A DNA stretch of 64,000 nt, taken from Deinococcus sp. (GTDB lineage Bacteria > Deinococcota > Deinococci > Deinococcales > Deinococcaceae). The notes under the pieces are model-generated. The model saw nothing but the letters and a program-made list of their open reading frames with translations. It was not told the origin of the DNA and did no database searches. The stretch covers positions 2,894,560-2,958,559 of the forward strand of contig OZ253375.1 in NCBI GenBank assembly GCA_965261005.1, given 5' to 3'. The position numbers and the translations under genes were made by a program. Shown here one piece after another: positions 56,521-64,000 of this stretch (position 1 is the first letter of the stretch; each line of letters starts with the position of its first letter).

Positions 56521-58236
56521 ATGGCGCGCATAGACGGAAAGTACGAGGAGTTGCGCGAACTCGCGCGCTTCGGGGCCGAGACGCTGCTGGAGGTGCGCGG
56601 GCCGCAGGGGGAGTTGCTGCGGCTGGGCTGGTTCGACGTGTCCACGCCGGGGGCGCGGGCCAGCTTTCACCGCTACCGCGCCGACCTCAAGGCGCTGGCG
56701 CCGGCCGCCCTGGTGGACGTGGTGGCGCGTCCCGGCGCCTACTACTCGCTGTGGCGCTCCCTTGAGGGCGAGCCGTTGCCGGAGGTGCTGAGCGCGCCCG
56801 TTCGCGACGCCGACAGCGTGGCCGCCCTGCGCGCGCTGGCCGGCGCGCTGGAGGCGCGCGGCTACGCCCTGCAAGACGCCGAGGTCGTGCTGACGGGGGG
56901 CCAGCCGGCGCTGGCGCGGCTCGCGCCCGTGGAGCGGACCCCCGAGGGGGCCAGCGAACTGAACGCCCCGCTGCTGGCCCGCTTGCAGGGCGGCAAGCTG
57001 AGGCGCCGCCCGGCGCCGCGCCGGGCGCGCTGGAACGTGTGGAGCGTGTTGCCGGGCCTGCTCTTTTTGGGCGGCGCCGGCTATCTGGGGGCGCGCGCCG
57101 CGCAGGTCTACCTGAACCCGGTGATCGCCAGCGTGCCCGACGTGGCTGGCCTGGGCGCCCAAAACGCCGCCGAACAGCTGGTCGGCCGGGGCTTCCGGGT
57201 GACCTTCGCCGACGGCGAGCAGGTGGGCGCCCAGCTGGGCAGCGTGATCGGGCAAAGCCCCGAGGCCGGCAGCGCCCTGCACGCCGGGCGTTTGGTCACC
57301 TTGACCGTCAACAACCCGCCCCCCCTCACGGTGCCCAAACTCGGGGCGTTGACGCTGGACGGCGCCAAGTCGGCCCTGGCCGAGGCGCGCCTGGCGTTGG
57401 GCGACGTGCTGACGGTGGACGGTGGGGCCACGGGCACTCCTAAGGGCCGGGTGATCGCGCAGCGGCCCGAGGCGGGCGCCCAGGGCGTGCGCGGGCAAAA
57501 GGTGAACCTGCTCATCTCGGGCGGGGTGCGCCCCCGTCAGACTTGGCTGCCCGATTTGCGCGGTCTTGACGAGGCCGACGCGCGCGACTTGGTGCGCAAG
57601 GCCGGCTTGGTGGTGACCTCGCTGCGGACGCGCCCGGCGGACGCTCCCGACAACAGCGTTCTTGCCCAAGACCCCAGCCCCTACGCCAAGGTGGACGTGG
57701 GATCGCCGGTCACGCTGACGCTGGCGCGCGCGCCCCTGGCCGACCCGGCCGAGGCGGTGCCCAGCTTGCCGCTCGCCCCACCCCCCGCGGTGGAGACCCC
57801 GCCGGCGGAAAGTGCCCCCGCTGACGGGACGGTCCAGCCGCCGGATACGTCGGCGCCAAGCGCGCCCGACGCCGGGACGGCCACCGAACCGGGTCCAACC
57901 GCACCCGGCCAGGACGCGGGCAGTCCGCCCGAGCCAGCTCAAGCCCAGCCAGCTCAAACCCAGCCGCCCGCCGAGGCTCAGCCTGGACAGGCCCCATCCG
58001 GCGACGCTGCGGCGGCCCCGCGCACCGTGCAGCTCAACTACACCTTTCCCGCCAGCTTGCCCAGCGGGCGCCTCGACATCGTGGTGCGCGATCTCGACGG
58101 CGAGCGGGTGGTGCTGAGTCCCATGCCGGCCGCGACCGCCGCCGGCAACCGCGCCGAGGGGCCGGTGCAGGTGCGTGGCCCGGCGCGCTTTGCCGTGCGG
58201 GTGAACGGGCAGGAAGTCGCCTCCTTCACCCGATAA
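56521..58236 (+). CDS. Membrane protein with three PASTA domains
   Basis: TM helix followed by VPDVAG...VIGQSPEAG repeats; Pro-rich linker. Confidence 0.85.
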   Translation: MARIDGKYEELRELARFGAETLLEVRGPQGELLRLGWFDVSTPGARASFHRYRADLKALAPAALVDVVARPGAYYSLWRSLEGEPLPEVLSAPVRDADSVAALRALAGALEARGYALQDAEVVLTGGQPALARLAPVERTPEGASELNAPLLARLQGGKLRRRPAPRRARWNVWSVLPGLLFLGGAGYLGARAAQVYLNPVIASVPDVAGLGAQNAAEQLVGRGFRVTFADGEQVGAQLGSVIGQSPEAGSALHAGRLVTLTVNNPPPLTVPKLGALTLDGAKSALAEARLALGDVLTVDGGATGTPKGRVIAQRPEAGAQGVRGQKVNLLISGGVRPRQTWLPDLRGLDEADARDLVRKAGLVVTSLRTRPADAPDNSVLAQDPSPYAKVDVGSPVTLTLARAPLADPAEAVPSLPLAPPPAVETPPAESAPADGTVQPPDTSAPSAPDAGTATEPGPTAPGQDAGSPPEPAQAQPAQTQPPAEAQPGQAPSGDAAAAPRTVQLNYTFPASLPSGRLDIVVRDLDGERVVLSPMPAATAAGNRAEGPVQVRGPARFAVRVNGQEVASFTR

Positions 58237-58277
58237 AGCGTCACACATTCCCGGCCTGTCCCGCTTTAGCCTGACCC

Positions 58278-59399
58278 GTGACCATTTACCTCGACCACGC
58301 CGCCACCACGCCCATGACGCCGGCGGCCTTGGAGGCGTATGGGCGCGCCGCCGCGCTGCCCGGCAACGCGGCCAGCGTTCACCGCGCCGGACAGCGGGCG
58401 CGCGAGCTGCTCGAAGAGGGGCGCGCCTCCGTGGCGCGGGCGGTGGGGGCGCGGGCGCTCGACTTGATCGCCACGGGCGGCGGCACCGAGGGCAACAACC
58501 AGGTGCTGCTGGGCCTCGCTGCCGGGCGCGCGGGCGGCCACCTGATCACCAGCCAAATCGAGCACGCGGCGGTGCTGGCCCCTTTGGGTACCCTAGAGGC
58601 GCGCGGCTTCGCGGTGACCTACCTGAAGCCGGACGCGGGGGGGCGCGTTTCGCCGGACGACCTGCGCGCCGCGCTGCGCCGGGACACCTTTTTGGTCAGC
58701 CTTCACCACGCCAACAACGAGATCGGCGCCGTGCAGGACCTGGCTACCCTCGCCGAAATTGCCCACGCCGGCGGCGCGCTGTTTCACACCGACGCGGTGC
58801 AGAGTTTGGGCGTGTTGCCGCTGGACCTCAGCGACCTGGGCGTGGACTTCGCCACCCTGAGCGCCCACAAGTGGGGCGGCCCCAAGGGCGTGGGCTTCAC
58901 CTACCTGCGGCGCGGCTTGACACTGCCGCCGCTGCTGCTGGGGGGCGGTCAAGAAAAGGGTTTGCGCGCGGGCACCCACAACGTCGCCGGCGTCTACGCG
59001 GCCGGCGTGGCGGCGGCGGAAGCGGCGGCAGCCCAGCCGCGAACGTATGTTCACCTGCGCGGGTTGCAGTCGCGCTTGCAAGAGGCTTTGCGCCCGCTGC
59101 CCGGCCTGCGCTTCAACCACCCGCCGGGCGGCAGCCCCAAGATCGTGTCGGTCACCGCCCCCGGCGCCGACGGTGAGGCCCTGTTGATGAACCTGGACTT
59201 GGAGGGCGTCTTTGCCAGCCTGGGCAGCGCCTGCTCGGCGGGGACCTTGCAGCCCAGCCACGTGCTCTCGGCGCTGGGCCTGAGCGAGGCCGACGCCCGC
59301 GCCACCCTGCGCTTCAGCTTTGCGGCCGGCACCACGCCGGGTGAGGTGGACGCGGCGGCGGAAGCGCTTGGGCGCGCGCTGGGGAGAAGCCGCGCCTGA
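58278..59399 (+). CDS. iscS: Cysteine desulfurase (IscS/NifS family)
   Basis: [33 protein letters not shown]. Confidence 0.9.
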   Translation: MTIYLDHAATTPMTPAALEAYGRAAALPGNAASVHRAGQRARELLEEGRASVARAVGARALDLIATGGGTEGNNQVLLGLAAGRAGGHLITSQIEHAAVLAPLGTLEARGFAVTYLKPDAGGRVSPDDLRAALRRDTFLVSLHHANNEIGAVQDLATLAEIAHAGGALFHTDAVQSLGVLPLDLSDLGVDFATLSAHKWGGPKGVGFTYLRRGLTLPPLLLGGGQEKGLRAGTHNVAGVYAAGVAAAEAAAAQPRTYVHLRGLQSRLQEALRPLPGLRFNHPPGGSPKIVSVTAPGADGEALLMNLDLEGVFASLGSACSAGTLQPSHVLSALGLSEADARATLRFSFAAGTTPGEVDAAAEALGRALGRSRA

Positions 59400-59447
59400 C
59401 GGAAGAGCGTCACGAAGCCGGGAAGCGCTTCCCGCTAGACTCCTCCC

Positions 59448-59909
59448 ATGAACAGCGCCGAAGAACGCACTTACCGCAAGCCCAGCGACGCCGAGCTGCG
59501 CGCCAAGCTCACGCCCGAGCAGTACCAAGTGACCCAGCACGAAGGGACCGAGCGCGCCTTTAGCGGCGAGTATTGGGACCACGACGGGGCCGGCATCTAC
59601 GTGGACGTGGTGTCCGGCGAAGCCCTGTTCAGCTCGCTTGACAAGTACGACGCCGGCTGCGGCTGGCCCTCCTTCACCCGTCCGATTCCCAGCGTCAAGC
59701 TGCGCGAAAACACCGATTACAAGATCGGCTACGCCCGCACCGAGGTCCGCTCCGGCGCGGCCGACTCCCACCTCGGCCACGTCTTTCCCGACGGTCCGCA
59801 GGCGGCGGGTGGCCTGCGCTACTGCATCAACTCGGCGGCGTTGCGGTTTGTGCCGCTGGATGAACTGGAACGAAAAGGCTACGGGGACTACTCGGAGCTG
59901 TTCCGGTGA
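59448..59909 (+). CDS. msrB: Peptide-methionine (R)-S-oxide reductase
   Basis: [32 protein letters not shown]. Confidence 0.97.
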   Translation: MNSAEERTYRKPSDAELRAKLTPEQYQVTQHEGTERAFSGEYWDHDGAGIYVDVVSGEALFSSLDKYDAGCGWPSFTRPIPSVKLRENTDYKIGYARTEVRSGAADSHLGHVFPDGPQAAGGLRYCINSAALRFVPLDELERKGYGDYSELFR

Positions 59910-59913
59910 AGGC

Positions 59914-60978
59914 GTGATCCAGTCGGGGCCAGCAGAAGAGGTACGCGGGGGTGCGGGCGTCCCCGTGGTGGACTTGCGCTCGGACACCGTGACCCAGCCG
60001 GGGGAGCGCATGCGCCGCGCCATGGCGGAGGCGCTGGTGGGGGACGACGTGTACGGCGAGGACCCCACCGTCAACGAGCTGCAAAGCGAGGCGGCGCGGC
60101 TGCTCGGCTTCGAGGCGGGCCTCTTTATGCCCAGCGGGACCATGACCAACCAAGTCGCCATCGCCGTGCACACCGTGCGCGGCCAAGAGGTCATCGTGCC
60201 CGAGGGCGCCCACGTCTACGAGTGGGAACTCGGCATGATGGCCGCCTTTTCGGGCGTGGTGCCGCGCTTCGTGCCCGCTCCCTTGGGCGTCCCAAGTCCC
60301 GAGGACGTGCGCGCGGCCGTGCGGCGCAGCGTGCACCAAAGCCCCAGCGGCCTGATTGTGCTGGAAAACACCCACAACAAGGCGGGCGGCACGGTGGTCT
60401 CCGAGGAGCAGACCCGGGAGGTGCGCGCCGTGGCCGACCAGGAAGGGCTGCCCCTGCACCTCGACGGCGCCCGCGTGATGAACGCGGCGGTGGCCCTCGG
60501 CGTGCCGGTGAGCCGGCTGACCGGCTGCTTCGACTCGGTCAGCTTGTGCCTGTCCAAGGGCCTCGGGGCGCCGGTGGGCAGCGTTCTCGTCGGGTCCAGA
60601 GACTTCATTTCACGGGCGCACCGCTACCGCAAGATGCTGGGCGGCGGCATGCGCCAAGCGGGCGTTTTGGCGGCGGCGGGCTTGATCGCGCTGCGCGAGG
60701 GGCCGGGCAAGTTGGCGGCGGACCACCGCCGCGCCCGCGAATTGGCGGGGGCCTTGGTGGCAGCCGGCTTCGACGTGAACCTCGCCAGCGTGCAGACCAA
60801 CATGGTCTATGCGCGCGTGCAGGGTGCCCAACGCCAAGTGGACGCCTGGGCCAGGGAGGGCGTGCGCGCGAGCGCCCTCGGCCCGGACAGCGTGCGCTTC
60901 GTGCTGCACCAGCAGATCGGCGACGAGTTGCTCGCGCGCGCGATTCGGGTGCTCACGGCCGCCTCAGCGAGATTGTAG
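59914..60978 (+). CDS. ltaE: Low-specificity L-threonine aldolase
   Basis: [41 protein letters not shown]. Confidence 0.95.
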   Translation: MIQSGPAEEVRGGAGVPVVDLRSDTVTQPGERMRRAMAEALVGDDVYGEDPTVNELQSEAARLLGFEAGLFMPSGTMTNQVAIAVHTVRGQEVIVPEGAHVYEWELGMMAAFSGVVPRFVPAPLGVPSPEDVRAAVRRSVHQSPSGLIVLENTHNKAGGTVVSEEQTREVRAVADQEGLPLHLDGARVMNAAVALGVPVSRLTGCFDSVSLCLSKGLGAPVGSVLVGSRDFISRAHRYRKMLGGGMRQAGVLAAAGLIALREGPGKLAADHRRARELAGALVAAGFDVNLASVQTNMVYARVQGAQRQVDAWAREGVRASALGPDSVRFVLHQQIGDELLARAIRVLTAASARL

Positions 60979-61773
60979 GGCGGACTCCAGCTGGGCGCGC
61001 TGGCCCTTCACCACGAACTTCGCGACGGTCGCGGCGCCGGCGTCGCGTAGCATCACCACCAGCGTGTGGCCGCTTTCAAACGGCGACAGCAGCAGGGCGC
61101 GGCGCCCGAACTCCATCAAGGTACTTTGCGGCGCGTCGTCCAGGTGGACACCGAACACGCGCGTCGCGCCGCTGAAAAAGCGGAAGTAGTGGCCCAGCAC
61201 CGCCGCGTTCGGCAGCGCGTCTCCTCGGCTCACCAGCACCTGACCGTTGCCGTCCACCAAGGCGGCACTGAGAACGCCCTGCTTCGAGAGCAGCACCTCC
61301 AGCAAGCTGCCCAGCTTCGGATCCTGCGGCGCCGGCGCGCTCGGCTGTGGCGCGCTCGGCTGTGCTCCTGTTTGGGCGGACCCTTCTTGCATCCCCCCGC
61401 CCTCGCCGGGGCCGCTCAGGGCGCCGCGCACCAAGGGCAGCAAATCGTCGGCGCGAAACGGCTTTCTCACCAAGCCGGCGGCGCCCATCGCGCGCGCGCG
61501 CGCGCGGTCCTCGTCGCTCACGATGCCGGAGATCAGGATGACCGCCGTGCCCGCGTGTTTTGGATCGGCCCTGATCTCTTCACACAGCTCGAATCCGGTC
61601 ATGCCGGTCATCAGCACGTCGGCGATCACCAAATCGGCGCGTTGCGCGCCGAGGGCCACCAGGGCCGCCTCGCCGCTGTCGGCCATGCGCACGTTGTACG
61701 AAAGGGGACGCAAAAAGGCTTCGAGCGCCTTGCGAACGCTGAGGCTGTCGTCTACGACCAAAACTTGAGTCAT
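60964..61773 (-). CDS. Response regulator with probable C-terminal Roadblock/LC7-like domain
   Basis: VDDS, ADVLM, KPF; C-terminal [15 protein letters not shown]. Confidence 0.8.
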   Translation of the reverse strand: MTQVLVVDDSLSVRKALEAFLRPLSYNVRMADSGEAALVALGAQRADLVIADVLMTGMTGFELCEEIRADPKHAGTAVILISGIVSDEDRARARAMGAAGLVRKPFRADDLLPLVRGALSGPGEGGGMQEGSAQTGAQPSAPQPSAPAPQDPKLGSLLEVLLSKQGVLSAALVDGNGQVLVSRGDALPNAAVLGHYFRFFSGATRVFGVHLDDAPQSTLMEFGRRALLLSPFESGHTLVVMLRDAGAATVAKFVVKGQRAQLESALQSR

Positions 61774-61791
61774 CGTCTGCTCCTTGGAAGG

Positions 61792-62469
61792 TCAGGTGGA
61801 ATGAAGCCGGGGCGGGCTGGGCAACATGGTGGCCTCGAAGGTGTAGTCGGCGTTGAGCAGCACTCGCGTGCCTTCCAACAGCCCGTTGAGGGCGGCCTCG
61901 CCGGAAAACGTGGCGTAGCGGGCGCTCACGACTTGGCCCCGCGCAAGCCACACGTCAGCGTCGCTGCTCAAGGTGAAGACCCGCAGGCGGCCGTCGCGCT
62001 GGCCTTGCTGCAAGGCCAGCAGCACGCTTTCGAGGCCCAGCGTGATCAAATTGCCCGCCACCCGCCGGGGGGCGCCCTTCGCGCCGCGCCTGAACACCGG
62101 CCGGAGTTCCTGCACGATTTCGGCGGGCGTGGCGTCGCCCGCTATGGCGGCGTCGTACGGGCCGAAGCTGGCGTTTTCCTGCCCGTTCAGCAGCAGAAAC
62201 ACGACCTGCCGCAACTGGTCGTCGCTGCGCACGATGTCGAGCAACTCCAGGCCGCTCATGTCCTCCAGTTGGGCCTCGCACACCACGGCGTCGGGCAAGC
62301 CCCGTTCGAGCTGTGTCAGCGCGTGCAGCCCGCTTTCGGCGCGGCGCACCTCGATGCCGACCAGGTGCAGGTATTCCGCCAAGCGCGCCGGCTCGGTGGG
62401 GCGCGCGCCGATGAGCAGCACGGAACCCAGGACGCTCATGGTGGCTGCCTGCTGGCCGGCGGAGGTCAT
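61792..62469 (-). CDS. Pseudo-receiver plus DUF4388 (PatA-like) protein
   Basis: Degenerate REC (VCEAQL); GNL..LGLE.VL.AL.QGQRDGRL. Confidence 0.7.
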   Translation of the reverse strand: MTSAGQQAATMSVLGSVLLIGARPTEPARLAEYLHLVGIEVRRAESGLHALTQLERGLPDAVVCEAQLEDMSGLELLDIVRSDDQLRQVVFLLLNGQENASFGPYDAAIAGDATPAEIVQELRPVFRRGAKGAPRRVAGNLITLGLESVLLALQQGQRDGRLRVFTLSSDADVWLARGQVVSARYATFSGEAALNGLLEGTRVLLNADYTFEATMLPSPPRLHST

Positions 62470-64000
62470 TTACCGCCGTCCTTTGGCCGTCAGCTCCGCG
62501 AGGCGCCGCACCAACCGCGCCTCGTCGATGGGCTTGCTGAAGTAGGCCGTGGCGCCCAGCGTGGAGGCGAGCTGCTGGTGCTTCTCGCCCGCGCGGGTCG
62601 TCATCACAAGGGTCGGCAGCCCCGCCGTCTCACGGCGGCGGCGCAACTCCTCCAGGAGTTCGTAGCCGCTCACGCGCGGCATTTCGAGGTCGGTGAGCAC
62701 GGCGTCGAAGTCGTGGTCGTCGCGCAACAGTTCCAGCGCCTCGTAGCCGTCAGGGGCCGTGACGACCGTGTAGCCGGCGCGCTCCAACATGCGCGCCACG
62801 ATGCGGCGCACGCTCAGGGAGTCATCCACCAGCAGCAGCCGCCCCGCGCGCCTGGGCCGCGCCGCGCCGGCCATGAGCACGGTGGGCCGTGCCCCGCTCG
62901 CCAAGCCCTCGATTCCCTGCGGATCGAGCAGCAGCACGATCTGACCGGCCCCCGACAGCGCGGTGCCGCCCAGGTACGGCAGGCCCGACAGCAGCCCCCC
63001 GCTCGGCCGCACCGCGACCTCTTCCAGCCCCAAAAAGGCGTCCACCGCCACGGCCACGCGGCCGGCGCCGGTCTGCACGACGGCCACACTTAACTGCTGG
63101 CCGGCGCCAATCAGTCCGGTGCCAATCAGGTCAGGGCCGGGCGCCTCGCCCCACAGCTCACCCAAACGGTACAGGCGCAGCGTCTCGCCCTCGACCTCGA
63201 CGTGTTCGGCGCCCTCTGTTACATTCACGCTCTGGGCGTTCAAGCTGCGCAGGGCGCGCACCAGCGTGATCGGAAAGCCGGCCAAGTGTTTGCCCACGCG
63301 CAGCAGCAAGACCTCGCTGATCTGCTGGGTGAGCGGCACCCGCAGCGTGAAGGTGGTGCCGGCGCCGCGCTCGCTGCGGGTCAGCACCTTGCCGCCCAAG
63401 CGGCGCAGGTTGCTCGCCACGACGTCCATGCCCACGCCGCGTCCCGCTTCCGCGCTGACCTCGCTCGCCGTCGAAAGGCCCGGCAAAAAGATCAGCCCGG
63501 CGACTTCCTCCGGCGTCAGGCGCGCTAAGTCCTCGTCCGGCAACAGGCCGCGCGCCCGCTCGCGCACCCGCGCCGTGTCAATGCCCGCGCCGTCGTCCTG
63601 CACCTCGACTTCCAAAAAGGCGCCGCGCTGGACGGCCCGCACCCCAATGCGCCCTTCGCGCGGCTTGCCGCTCGCGAGCCGCGTTTCCGGGTCCTCCAAA
63701 CCGTGGATCAGGGCGTTGTTGACGAGGTGCAGCAGCGGGTCCACGACGGCTTCCAGCACAAAGGTGTCCACCTCGATCGTCTCGCCGCCGAAATCGAGCG
63801 CGAAGGGTTTGGCGCCGTCCCGGGTGCGCGCCCAGCGCTTCAGGCGCGTGAGGGCCTGTCCGAACGGCACCCGGCGCGCGCGCGCGACCTCGCCGCGCAG
63901 GGCGCGCGTCAGCTTGGTCAGGGTCTCGTCCTCGTCGCGCAGCGCCGTCAATTGCCGCTCCAGCTGGCCGTGCAGCTCGCCGAGGTCGGCGGCCAACTCA
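62470..64000 (-). CDS. CheA-like hybrid histidine kinase (HATPase-CheW-REC), 5' part outside the window
   Basis: LLHLVNNALIHGLE, DDGAGID, LPGLST, GRGVGMDVV, CheW domain, C-terminal REC (TDLEMP). Confidence 0.92.
   Translation of the reverse strand, partial: ELAADLGELHGQLERQLTALRDEDETLTKLTRALRGEVARARRVPFGQALTRLKRWARTRDGAKPFALDFGGETIEVDTFVLEAVVDPLLHLVNNALIHGLEDPETRLASGKPREGRIGVRAVQRGAFLEVEVQDDGAGIDTARVRERARGLLPDEDLARLTPEEVAGLIFLPGLSTASEVSAEAGRGVGMDVVASNLRRLGGKVLTRSERGAGTTFTLRVPLTQQISEVLLLRVGKHLAGFPITLVRALRSLNAQSVNVTEGAEHVEVEGETLRLYRLGELWGEAPGPDLIGTGLIGAGQQLSVAVVQTGAGRVAVAVDAFLGLEEVAVRPSGGLLSGLPYLGGTALSGAGQIVLLLDPQGIEGLASGARPTVLMAGAARPRRAGRLLLVDDSLSVRRIVARMLERAGYTVVTAPDGYEALELLRDDHDFDAVLTDLEMPRVSGYELLEELRRRRETAGLPTLVMTTRAGEKHQQLASTLGATAYFSKPIDEARLVRRLAELTAKGRR

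Overview
High-GC bacterial chromosome segment, very probably Deinococcus (irrE/pprI next to folP-folB-folK, amylosucrase, LysK, archaeal-type ProRS, many leaderless genes with a TAnnnT box about 6-8 nt before the start codon). The backbone is housekeeping: carB, argG-argH-argA-carA, pepF, zapE, mqnD, lysK, proS, rplY, rsmA, a CarD-family gene, nnr, irrE, folPBK, a cysteine desulfurase, msrB, ltaE and the distal end of a CheA-type chemosensory operon. It is interrupted by three toxin-antitoxin pairs and at least six IS elements or remnants (2x IS66, 2x IS5, an IS982 fragment and an IS701/IS4-like element nested in an IS66). The most notable accessory content is an apparent polymorphic toxin-immunity family. 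Two paralogous large proteins (31884..34346 and 50289..53483) share a QR-motif-rich N-terminus and a DUF4157 (eCIS-core, HExxH) domain, but carry different C-terminal peptidoglycan-hydrolase payloads (GH19-like alone, or GH19-like plus NlpC/P60). Each is translationally coupled to signal-peptide-bearing candidate immunity genes (RsiV/DUF3298-like, LprI). An orphan toxin fragment with an orphan immunity paralogue and a 314-bp inverted duplication bracketing one locus are also present. Other observations are a leaderless Arg-Arg leader peptide with a hairpin ahead of argG and an out-of-frame leaderless uORF at irrE. All family assignments come from motif recognition by eye; no database searches were run.
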